Source: Nemertoderma westbladi
Taxonomy: Eukaryota > Animalia > Xenacoelomorpha
Assembly: GCA_032718475.1 (NCBI GenBank)
Contig: JAUCBJ010003590.1
Span: 1 to 64,000 of the forward strand
Length of the DNA: 64,000 bases
Direction: 5' to 3'
The notes under the pieces were generated by a model. That model did not search any database. It saw only the letters and a list, made by a program, of their open reading frames with translations, and was not told where the DNA came from. This document shows positions 35,983 through 48,424 of the stretch, piece after piece (position 1 is the first letter of the stretch; the number at the start of each line of letters is the position of its first letter). The translations under genes and the position numbers were made by a program.

Positions 35983-37628
35983 CAACATACGGAGTGGGTG
36001 TGTGACTATATTATTTTATATTTATTTTTATTCTTTTATATTTATGTATGTATTATTATGTAATTTTATTATAATCGTTTTATTTAATTTTATTTAGTAG
36101 CATGTTATTTTAGCGATTATTTAGTAGATTAGTGCAATATATTTGCGTTTATTACGTAATTACTTATATTATATATTTAGTGCGACGGCGAGAAACAATT
36201 CTTTTTCTCTTTCCTTGCTGCCCGTATTACATTACGAATACGTAACTACAGTAAGATGAAATGTCCGTACTTATTAAAGTACAATAAAGCCACTACTATA
36301 TTCAAGTATTATTGGTAGGCAGAGTATTAGGAATGCAAAGTTCAGATCCTCGTGTCTCGGCTAAACCAAGCTCTGGGTAGACCTTGGAAACGACTTGCCT
36401 CTTCAAACTGACATTGCTTCGTGCGATATTGCTTTCATACCGTATATTAAATAATACATATAGTAGCGTGATGTCCTTTTAACAGTAGCGTATAACGCAA
36501 AATAAATCTGTTAAACCCTTTGACCATCTGTAATTCTAGTCTATTAAGATATCGCGGCACCCACCGATATACTTGAAAGACAAAATTCTAGAATCAGTGG
36601 TTAACGTCCCCAGACAAGTTCTGGAATAAACTGGTGCCCATCCTAAATATTAATTATTAATATTTACAAAATCTGTCAAATTTTAGATCCTTTAAAATTC
36701 TAGTCGATTAAGGTATCGTAGCACTTACCGATACTCTTAAAAAGACAAAATTCCTAGAATCTAGGATCCCAGTCCCCAGACACGTTCTGGAATAAAGTTA
36801 CGTCTATTTAACATTAAATAATAAAATTTACGGGAATAAATTTAAATTCATATATTTCAATGAATTTAATAAATTGTTATTTTTATACAATTTATAACAT
36901 TCCCAAAATTCCATTAATTAATAGATCACGGGAGCGGAGATTCACTCTATTAAGCGTATTTGTGTGTGAGAATCTCCAATATATAGTCAATAGCCGATAA
37001 AATTCATAAAATCATATATAGAGAGGATATTGACAATTAACGAATTACTATTAAATAGCATCCCAGATCTGTATGCATGAGAATTACCCTAATTCTACCG
37101 CTAGCTTTTCATAATGTCACCATGGCAACAACCACGCTAGAATTAGAAGTGAGTTAAAAGAACAATAGAAAGCTTGCCCCATTGAATAGCATAGTGAATA
37201 AATAGCGCACTGCTAGTATCCAAGGATACATAATAACAACGTGACATTCTGGAAGGCACTGACTAACGGACAAATGACCCGAATGTGTGATAGAATGTGT
37301 ACCATTTGTGACAGTTACGTGGAATTTGTGCGTTTGTAGGTGAATGTTACTACTAAGGTGCGTTTACAGTAGCGAGTCGCAATTGTGAAAGTAACCCTAA
37401 CTCTCCAGTAAGAACCTGAAGTACATCTAAGCCTTTGGGACGGACAGTGGAGTGACTTGTGCCGGTTATCGTTGTCGTTGTGTAGCTACATCATTGGCGA
37501 AAGCACAGCGACGACGGTACATCGGCGCTGAGGATCTTGCACTGTCCGGGGGCAGAGAGGGGTAGGCAGCGACGCCCGCTCACCTAAATATAAACTCATT
37601 ATAATATGGATAAACTTATATAGCAGAT

Positions 37629-39157
37629 ATGATTGAGTTGATAGAAGATGATCTTGGTATCAGGGAGCGATATACTCTACCTTTGCAAGCGTTTGTTGAT
37701 AGCTTGATACGTAGCGACGCTGGTCCAACTACTACGGAGGACGATGGTCGTTATATCTAACCGCCAATGTCCTGGGAACAACTTGCGCGTGGGTTGGACT
37801 GTAGAAAATTCACCGCTCGCTATACGCATCGTAATGGTACGTATATGGACTTCTTAACTACTGGTCATCCTATCGACCTACACGATACGAACGATATAGA
37901 CACCAAAAGGGAAATGGTTTATTTAAATATCATACCCAGCGGAAGCGGAAGGATAAACTGAGACTCGAACACGAAAACTCTATTCGAAACCGACTCGAAA
38001 GTGCAGATGTCGAAGAGCCGGATAAACGCAGCGACTTCACCAAATACCTGGAATTCTTGAGAGAAACCTATCTCGATATTACCAGTCAACAGAATCTAGA
38101 AACTCGATATCCTCAAGGTATACATCATGACCGCATGGTAGAACTCAAACGGCTCTATTCCACTATGATGTATCTTACCGCCGATCGACCGCTACCTGTT
38201 GTACCGGATAGCTTCGAACGAATGGAGGAATATTGTAAGCTGGAGAAAGATCACTCGCGTTTCCCCTACAAGACGTGCGTTTTTGGTATTATTGCGATGA
38301 ATGTCCAAGACCCAACCAACAAACGGAATGACATAAACATCCGCGGAGACGTTGCTTTAAACACGGTTTTACTCGCTATATTTACGGGAGTTTCGAGCGA
38401 AACTTGTTCGATGTATCACCTACGCTCGTTCGACTCAGACGATCTTTAAATAAACCAATGATCAGAGTTTCAGAATACTCGATCAGATCTCCTCATTCCC
38501 TAGTGTGTAGTGAGACCTCAGACTCTTGATCCTATTGGTATGACGGATCCTCCCGAGCTGTACTCACTACTCAAAGATCTAGTGTTACCTGAACAATTAG
38601 TCGGTGGCACCCCGGTTGTGGGCTTCCTAGATATTAGCCCATACTACCTAGCCGGATTGGGACGCGGACATTTAATATCGCCGTTTAACCCTTACCATCG
38701 TCCCGGCTTAACACGATATAACCTGTCACCAAAGTGGCGGAGAGCGTTGTACCAAATGAGTTAGACGCCATTCTACAAAGATCAGAAAAGGAACTTACGC
38801 TTGTTCAGATAAACGTAAATTGCACTAGCAAGTCCAAGCGGTAAACAAAGTAACTTTATCTAAGTTCGATCGGGAAATCCAGAATCTCTAAGAAGTTATC
38901 GAACTTGGACGATCCTATTCTCTGCGAGAGTTTTTGGATGAACGTATCCAGCTACGAGCGGAGGAAAATCAGCTCGAGGAGAAGCATATCGAAACGGCGG
39001 ATACCTCGACCATAATCCTACACCTTCTGATGCAAGCATATTGCACCCTTCACCCAGGAGTTATGGCCCTCCTAGTAAAGTGGCTCCCCCCAAAGAGAAA
39101 AGGACTCTTGCTAGCCTCAAAAAACTGCGTAAACGCCGTCCTCGTAAGAAAGACTAA
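37629..39157 (+). pseudogene. Decayed accessory ORF (~500 codons) of unknown function (copy 2)
   Basis: MIELIEDDLG..., fragments 37767-37961, 38057-38449, 38510-38764 and 38934-39209; terminal basic peptide KKLRKRRPRKKD*. Confidence 0.6.
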
Positions 39158-39235
39158 CTGTTTAGAGTATCTTTATATTTTAGAAACTGTGATTTGTTAT
39201 ATTTTATAGACTTAAATCCCATTTTCTGGGAGCGG

Positions 39236-40362
39236 TGTAAAGGCTTTTGCGTAATTAGCCGGTTATTTTCCCCGTAAAGTACTCTGTAGTTGGTTTAACC
39301 GGCATAAAAGGCCGTGTCCTTACTGTATTGTTGTTTTAGAGGACATAAAAGCCATTTCTTCTGTATGTGTACTTTAGCGGACATGATTAGCAATTCTATG
39401 ACGCAATAAGCCGGATCCTCTTGAAACAGTGTAGATACCATGACGACGGCTAACAGCTGATATTGCCACGTAGAACATCTCTTTGTTCTTTGTTCTCTCT
39501 TTGTTCGGTCGACCAATCAGAGCGTTTTTTGCCTCTGTGTTGGAGATGGTGTATAGAAACTAGGGAAGTGAGTCAGTATGTGATTTTTCCACAGCCTACA
39601 ACACCGGCGTGGAACCTCCGTGTTTCAGTCTTTAGTTCAACATTAGTAGGCTTAATTATAGAACGTATATCCGTTATCTATCCATAACTTAATCATTCAT
39701 ACCTTAACATTACTGCTTTTGCTGTCGGTTATTCATTATATTTGTTGATGGAACATTATATTCGGAATACTGATAAACAATCAGACACCCCAATCTTCTT
39801 GATATACTAAAGGTTAGAGAGACCGGATACATATAACGATTGCGACTTACATTGAGTGGTTTGAAGTGAATCTAATGCTATTTTATAGGCTGTACATGTA
39901 TTGTCTGTTATTCTCTTTGTATGTGACTAAAATTAGTAAAGGTCGGCAGATTGGTGTGCAGCATTGTGTATTATTGTGATTGATAACGAAGCATCTCCTA
40001 AAGAATGCGCCATATACGTGAATCTATAGCCATCCCGTTGCGTCTGGTTTAAGTCATAACTCTGTTTATATATTTAGAGCGCCACGTCCTAAAGGAACTG
40101 TTAATATTTCCCGAAAGTGAATAATATTGTCAGAGATTATATATATTAAGATCAGTCGAATAATACAGTAGGTCTATCCCGCAATACGATTAGGCTTCCG
40201 AATCCAGTCTCCCGGGTATATCCAGCGGGTGAATGATCGCGCATAGACTGGTTTCGGCTAATGTAGTGTATCAAATATTTGTCGTAGGCTAAAGACGAAC
40301 TATTATCTAGAAGACTTCCCAATTTGGCAGGTTAAACTGCTAAAGGTCTGAAAGCGCGAACA
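39236..40362 (+). repeat. 3' LTR of copy 2 (1127 bp)
   Basis: Near-identical to the 5' LTR; followed by TSD GCAAT. Confidence 0.95.
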
Positions 40363-41157
40363 GCAATCTCAAAGATCTGGAATACTATTGAAAACTTCAC
40401 TCACTCAAAATATCTAAAACGAAAGAAGGGCCCTAAGATTATTCATCACAGTTGTTACATTAACTGCAATTAAGTAAATAAAGAGGCAACTAATTTCATT
40501 TAAATTTCTAAACATTTTATTTAAGATAAATATTAAGTATTGAGAGCACCGTTAAGTTTAAATAATGTAACAAAATTACGTACTGTACATCATTGTACAG
40601 TATGAAGGAAACTATTCCCCGATAAGACCCGGTTGTTTATTTATACAGTACAAACCTCCCTCGCTACGCTCGCTCATTACATAAATACACTCAGTTCATA
40701 ACGTTGAAATGTGCTACAATGATAGACTGTAAATAAATACTGATGTATTCCATATCACTGTGGGAAACTAATAAGGTAATTGTAGGGCACAGAAACGATG
40801 GCGTTTTTCGCAATTTTCGCAAAAAACGTAAATGAAACCTCGCATTCTTCTTATAGGCCACCTGTAGTTACTGTAATTTATAGTTCGCATTCTATGTATT
40901 TATGCATTAATGCATACAGTAGGCCTACGTACAGTAGAATAGGCCTACTGCGGGGCGGGCAAGTCGCCTTGGGGCGGGTATATACAACATAGTATTATAC
41001 CCGTGGTACTGTAGGACTATTTACTAGATACTGCGTAAGTATTGTATGCATTAATTACTACCTTAGCACAACGGTAGACTGATTGACCCCCCCCCCCCCC
41101 CCCCCCCCTCTCTATTGTCTTATTATTCCTAATGGTAGGTCTTTCTTTCCGTACCAG

Positions 41158-41439
41158 GTGATATGGGAGAACACGAAAGAGATCGGATGTGGAGTTAGAT
41201 ACTGTGAGGATGACGGTATGACTCTCGTCGCTTGCGATTATTACCCCGCAGGCAACTACTTGGGTAATTACCCTTACCAAGCTGTACAATCTGGCAGTGG
41301 CAGTGATGACAGTGGCAGTGGCAGTGCCAGTGATGGCAGTGGCAGTGGTAGTGCCAGTGATGATGGAGTGGATACCACCTCAACACTAGAAGGTACAACA
41401 CCAGCATCAACATCTACGGAGGACACAACAGTCGCCTAA
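41158..41439 (+). CDS. CAP/SCP protein, exon 4 (terminal) with a Ser-Gly/Thr-rich tail
   Basis: TTTCCGTACCAG acceptor; VIWENTKEIGCG..VACDYYPAGNYLG (CAP motif), SGSG repeats, TAA stop; AATAAA at 41480. Spliced product ~234 aa. Confidence 0.9.
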   Translation: MIWENTKEIGCGVRYCEDDGMTLVACDYYPAGNYLGNYPYQAVQSGSGSDDSGSGSASDGSGSGSASDDGVDTTSTLEGTTPASTSTEDTTVA

Positions 41440-42531
41440 CGATGATACTGTACTGTACGGTAGGCCTACAATCAAACTTAATAAAGAATATGGGTAATGG
41501 TGTCATAGAGTAATAATTAATTTTATTATATTCTGTATGTAGTGTTGTCATAATAAGTATAACTATTCAGCTAATTGTATGTAGGCCTACTGTAGGTGGG
41601 CCTACTACACCTTATATTATCTTGGTGTAGTTTCTTTACACACAATCGTAACTCGCAACACAACATCTGTTATTGACATACTGTAATTGTTATGCACAAA
41701 AATTGTGTTTATTGTACACCCGCCAATGCTATTTGGTTTTCGCATCAAATTTATTTCCCACGAAAGCAGCTGGTATCTAGCGGCTGAAAAACGAACACTT
41801 TATTGTGAACAAATAAAGTAATGTTGAATTTTAATTTCAAAGTAATTTCCATGACATTGATTTTTTATATTAGCTATAGATACGACCCGCTAAGCTGCTG
41901 CAAAGCCCCTTAATTTAGTGGGCCAGTTATTTCTCTTAGATAGAACCCCTGTTTATATTTATTTAAAGCCCCTATTTAATAGTTCTAGCTCTTGTGCGAA
42001 ATCCAGGCTGGTTCTGTAAAACTGTTTTTCATTGTTTTAAAATCTTTCTTACTTAATAATAACATATATAATAAACTGATTAGCATTTAGGTAAATATGA
42101 TAATTATAGTTCAGTACATAATAATTAACGGTATAAGGCACCAGATCACGGTACCGGTAAGTATAACACAGACAGACACAGTCTGTGTATGAAAATGACT
42201 GAAAAGCAGAACAAGGAAACGACACGTCCTTCTGTAGTTGGTTAGTAAGAATATAATCAAGCAGTCAGCCATATGTATAGTAAAAATATGTGGTACTAAA
42301 AAATTACTTCAATCCTAAATACAGTATAATTATTATCTGTAATTTAGGACATACTCCCGCCACCGAACAAATAAACGCTTCTAGCTAAATAATTAGGCTC
42401 TATAAAAATTAATATTTTCAAATTATATATATATATATAGCCTTCGTCAAAATAACATGCAAAACAAAATGAACCATATAATGTAACAAAATAATATTTG
42501 GTTATAAAATATTTCTCAACGGGATAAGTAA

Positions 42532-45500
42532 TCATATACTACTTTCACTCTCGGACTCAGATTCATTGCATATCGTAGTGATTCGTTGTTGGGCTTCAGT
42601 AGCCGCCTGGCGTTGTGGACGCTCTGATCTTACTGGGGGCTCTGGTTGAACGAGAGTGCCGGTAGTTGTTTGATTAAGGGGGCCGAGTTCAATATTGTCC
42701 GTTTCTAGAGGATACAACTTCCGTACAGGGCGTACTAGTGTTCCTAACTGTGTACGTAGGACGACAGATCGTACCCATCCATCCTTACCGGGGTGTAAGG
42801 TGATCACACGACCAAGGGACCATTTAGAATGTGGTAAATGCGGATTATGTATTTGTACGATGTCATTTAAACGAATTTGTGTGGTTGGAAATGGGTTGTT
42901 CCATCGATGGTACTCGCGCAATGCAGTGAGATATTTGTGGGACCAGCGATTTTGAAACGCTTGCAATAAGTTTTGTATGTACAATTGACGGCGATTCAGT
43001 GTCGAATGTGGTACAAGGTCTGGATCATCGAGATCATCTCGCTCGATAATTCGATTTGGCAATGTGGTAATACGATGTCCAACCATTAATGTCGAGGGTG
43101 TAATGGGATTGAGGTCATCAATGTTAGAAGACACGTAGGTCAGTGGCCGGTCATTTAAAATAGCTTCAATTTCAATAACGACAGTCTGGAGCTCCTCCAA
43201 TGAAATCAAGGCACGTCCCAATATCTTTTTCAAAATATCCTTTACCATTTTGATTAGTCTTTCCCAGAAGCCTCCATACCAAGGACTAGCTGGTGGGATC
43301 GTCTTCCAAATAGTCCTCTGATTAAGTAGGTAATCACGTACACCTGGATCATCCTGTATAGCTTTCATAATATCATTTGCAGCAGTGAAGTTAGTTGCAT
43401 TATCGCTTAGTATCAAAGAAGGAGTAGAACGTCGCCCAATAAGACGTCGAAATGCAAAAAGGAAAGATTCTGCACTGGCATCTTTTGCTATTTCCAGATG
43501 TACAGCGCGTGAAGTCGCACAAGTAAACAAGACAATATAAACTTTAACTTGTTCATTACAATCTATTACAATGAGTCTACCAGTATAGTCTACACCAGTA
43601 GTTTCAAATGGTCTTGTTTTATTAACTCTAAAGATAGGTAATGGAGGTGGAGGAGGTGTTGAGTATGGGAGACCTCTGAGACGTTTGCAAGTAATACATT
43701 TATGACAGATGGATTTAACGATTTGTCGAATTCTAGGGATCCACCAATTCTGTCTAAGGTAAGTGACAGTGTCGCCAATACCAGAATGACAAATACGTTC
43801 ATGGGCGTATGAAATCAGTAGTCGGGTAAATCGGTAGTCGGTCAGGATAAAGTAGGATAGGTTGCTGAGTATTCCATGGTAGATCGGAATATTGTATTCT
43901 TCCAGCACATCGGATAATACCATCTACTAGAATCAAACGTAACTGTTTTATTATAGCAGGAGAGCGGGACTTGCTCTTATCATTCAAAAGACAACGATAT
44001 ACATCAGGATAACAAGTTTGTTGTATGTATTTAATTAAATACAACTCGGCAGTTTTAATATCATTGGAATTTATAGTATCTCTGACATTATCATTTACTA
44101 TTTGACTATGTTCATTAATGGACTTGCGCAAATTTATTCTATATTTGAGTTTGCGAATAAATATAAATACATATGCTGTCACTCGAAGTAGTTTATCATA
44201 ATTGCTGAATTTGGAAATGTTTATCAGTTGCTCTGGAACAGATAATATGGATTCAACTGTTGAACACAATGTATTTATTTGTGGTTGATTAATATAATTG
44301 TAGTTAACATGAGATTGTTTAGGCCAATCAGATGACGTTAGCCAATTGGGACCATGTCGCCATAAATCGGATTTCAGAAGTATCTTCGCTTTTATTCCCC
44401 TGGATAACATATCTGAGGGATTGTCATTGGTTGAAACGTATTGAAAGTCTGCATTTGGTAGAATGCTATGTATCTCTTCAACTCGATGACGAACATAAGG
44501 ATTAATAATGCCTTTAGATTTGACCCAAAGTAATGCGATTTGGCTGTCAGACCACACCCACAGACGACAATTTGGTAGTTGATGAGATAGTGTATCAGCA
44601 ACATAACGAATGAGCCGAGCACCAACTGTTAATGAGGTCAACTCCAGTTGAGGAAGTGATAATTTAGTCTTCTTCTTCTTTTGAGGAGATTCTGATGTTA
44701 GAGGTAGTAAGGGTGCGACTCGTCCCTTAGCCATCACTAACTCGGATTGTTCAGATTGAACTGCATAAACGACTGCACCATAAGCTTTAATGGAAGCATC
44801 GCAAAACACATGTAATTTGGAACTGAGTCCTAAAGGTAGTCGTCGAGGTACTTCGAATGAAACTACAAGATTGAAGTCATTAATAATGGATTCCCATTCC
44901 TTCATAAATACATCAGGAATGGGTTCCTTCCATGACAATCCACGTTGCCACAACTGTTGGAGGAACATATGTGATCGGATGGTTACTGGAAATAACCAGC
45001 CATTAGGATCATATAACTTAGAAGTCAAGCACAAAACAACATGTTTTGTAACAATATCTGGAGAAACAATGTCTACGGTGGGAAATCCAATAACATCAGT
45101 ATTTGTATCCCATAATAACCCAAATAAGGATATAGTAGTATTTGTGACTTTGGGACCATTGTTATCTTTGTCAATAATTTGTTGTAATTTAGGTAAATTA
45201 GTGTGACCCATTGTTTTAATGGGAATCCACCAGCAATGAGAACGTCGCAGCATTTGCGATAATAAGATATCAAACTGTCTTCGCTTTCATCAGTAGCCTG
45301 AAGGTTATCTACATAGATATTGTCAATAATACGTTTGGCTAAAGTGATTTCATCATTTGATTTTATTAGAGTAGATTTCACATGGTGTCGTATTGTTGCG
45401 TTGAGTAGAAATTGAGAGCATGTAGCCACAAACAACACTACGCGGAATCTGTAAATATCCCATGGGCTAGACTCATCTTCTGGATTACTGGGCCAAAAGA

Positions 45501-47718
45501 ATCGAGTAACATTACGATCGACTTCTTCAACTCCAATCTGGAGGAATGCTTTCTCTATATCAGCTACTGACGCCCATTTATTACAGCGAATTTTCATTAA
45601 TAATGATACCAGCATTTGACTCAATGATGGACCAGTATATAGGCAGTCATTAAGACTCGGTTTATGTGGTCCTGAGCGTGCAGAACAATCAAAGACAACT
45701 CTTAGTGGGGTTGTAGAAGATGTTGGCTTCATGACCCCATGATGAGCAAGGTAATGTACTTGTTGAACATTATTTGATAAATTGATAGAATCTAGTGGTA
45801 CCTTCTCAATAAATCCACGTTCTAGTTGATTCATAATCACATTATGAAAACAACGTAGGAGTTCAGGTGTTTTCCTGAGTTTGGACAATGTACCATATAA
45901 GCGCTTGCGAGCTAACTGGATATTTGTAGGCAGAACTGGGGCATCAGGTCGCCATGGGAACTTTACTACATAATTACCATTTTCGAATCGTATAGATTGC
46001 TCAAAGTTAAGAATAGTTGATTCATGCAATAGATCTGGGTCTTCGTAATTTATGCCAATTGCATCTAGACTCCAAATTCGATCGAAGGCAATCTCTACAT
46101 TCATTTCGGGGTTGGTATGCTCTTCAGGTCCAATGTCTGAAGTTGAGGTAAAACTACATAGTGCACTTAAAGCACTTTTTATAGATTCACTGGTGGGTAG
46201 ACAACCAGCTATAATATCCCCTAAGTTCGAAGGTATACAATATAAACCATCATATATTTTTTTGCATAAATAAACGAGAAAAAATAATCTACACCGATCA
46301 GCAGACCTAGATCTGGAATATCATCTCCTCCTCGTGGATCAGCCAAGGAGAAACCTTGGAGCTTAAGGGTTTCAATAAGTTAGTCCCTACCAGTGGTATG
46401 TAGACGATGTGGAAGTGTGTCCACTACAAGTGCATTAACCAGGACTGGACCGTCAGATGTAGCGACACTGAATGCCATCAATAGACATCAGAATGCGCCA
46501 AGAGGTGCATAAATTAAATGCATTCGTCGCAATATAAATGAACATTGTGAACCAGGGTCTAGTAATGCCCTTACTTCATGAGTACCAGGAGGACCATCTC
46601 TTGTTGAAGTTCCAACTATGATTGGTGCAATAGCCGAGAAAAGTAAAGCAAAGTAGGTAGGACTATATTACTACCACCTTGTTTAAAAGGAGCTGTATCA
46701 TTGGCAGCAGTAACCAATGAACCTGCAGTACTTGACCCAGTACTGGAAGGATGGTGAAAAGTTGAATTTACCTGAGATTTATGATCTGCACTAGAACGAC
46801 TAAGTAAATTTGAACTATAAGTATGTGGTGCTGACGACTCAGCAGCATGTAGTTGCTCAATCTCCTCCCTAAGTGCAACACGTAAGTCGTCTAATGACCA
46901 ATGTGTTGATTTCGCAGCACGATTAATGTTGCTGCGAATTTTAGCCGGAAGTTTGCGTACAGTAAGTTCTGCATAAACGTAACCAGCATCATCAATGTTA
47001 TAACCCAATGCATAGGTTTAGGTGATGACAGGTCAAATATTGTATTTAAACGTGCACGAAGTATAACTTCCTTTCTACCATAAGTATTCTTTAACAACAT
47101 TACAGCTTCGTTATAGTCTTCATTTGTGCGTTGAAAGTTATCAACTAAGCGCGCAGCTTCACCAGTTAGTTGTCCTTCCAGATATGTGAATTTTGTAGCA
47201 CCTGCAATATCTTGGTGTTTATCTACAGCATCAACAAATCTGTCCCAAAAATTGGGCCAGTCTATGGGGTTGCCAGAAAATGTTGGCAACTTTATACTCG
47301 GTAGCTTTTGCTGTCTAACTCGACCAATTTGATTATCATTAAGCATAGATGAATCATGATTGGATGATCTGCCATTACTTACTTCGCATTTGGTAGGACT
47401 TGGATTAAGGAATGTATCAACTATACGGAGTGCTGATGACATTCGACGGTCATCTCGACAATTTTTGTCGATTTCTGATACTACCTCAGTCTCAGTGGGG
47501 ACTAGGCTTAAAATGTGTTCATTTAAATCTAGAATCTTAGATTGTTGGTCTCGCAATGATGTAGTAACATTGATAATGTGATCTACATCAGGGTTTTCGA
47601 TAGCTATTTTTGCATCAGCATCAACAAACAATAAAGGATATAGCTCATCTAACAACTTAGTCACCATGGCACGGTGACCACCGCATTTGCTCTTTAGTTT
47701 GGCTAAAGTTTCAGCCAT
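42532..47718 (-). pseudogene. BEL/Pao gag-pol (Gag, PR, RT, RNase H, integrase) broken by frameshifts
   Basis: Gag KLPSIKLPTFSGNPIDWPNFWD; RT LRVVFDCSA..ADIEKAFLQ..IYVDN; RH LHVFCDASIKAYGA..WSDSQI..NPSDMLSRG; integrase H..H..C..C, GVDYTG, SDNATNF, GGFWERL, RPVRKLYPLE. Confidence 0.92.
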
Positions 47719-48424
47719 TGAGATTTAGTTTAGGCTATATCACAGAATAATAATCAGATAATGGCTCAGTAAATTGCGTTGTGTTTATAAATTAAAATAT
47801 TATTTATATTATACTGGTATTGCGTACCGGTATTCAATATTCATTATTCCAGTAGGCCTATCAGTCGGGCACTTTTTTTTTTTTTTTTTTTTTTTTCTTC
47901 TTATAAAAAAGCCCTCTTGCCGATTAATTACATATTTATGTTTATTGCACCACGGACACAGATAAATGTTAAATGAAACAAAAGCACACTTTGTTATCCA
48001 CTGTACGTGATACACATCACACACACCAAACGCACCACACGCACAAAAGCACCACACTCACAAACGCACCCAAACCAAAAAAATGAGATTAGGGCATCAA
48101 AAGTAAACCAGCCCTGACCGTTGCTAGTACCATTAATCAGATCGAAATTTATTGTTAAATTCAGAAGTTATGAACGAGTAGTGTGTAAAATAAGTAAAAA
48201 TTAAGATTAAAAGATATGTGTTGCAATCCGCAAGATATAAAAGTTTAAAGGGGCAAATATTTGGAAGAATAAGTAAACCACTAACAAAAATTAAAAAAGT
48301 CTAAATTCTAGAATTGTTTTGCACTTTATTATACATATTTTGTTCTGTTCCACTATGTTATTACTGTAATTTAAAACCTGAAAGAGAAAACCAGTGGTAT
48401 GTTGAGACGGACGTACAGACTACC

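Larger units (their letters stand above)
28246..40362 (+). mobile_element. BEL/Pao Gag-protease-only LTR element, copy 2 (full length, recent), in CAP intron 3
   Basis: LTRs 28246-29382 and 39236-40362 differ by about a dozen substitutions and one 10-bp indel; perfect 5-bp TSD GCAAT (28241-28245, 40363-40367); PPT-like CTGGGAGCGG. Confidence 0.95.
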
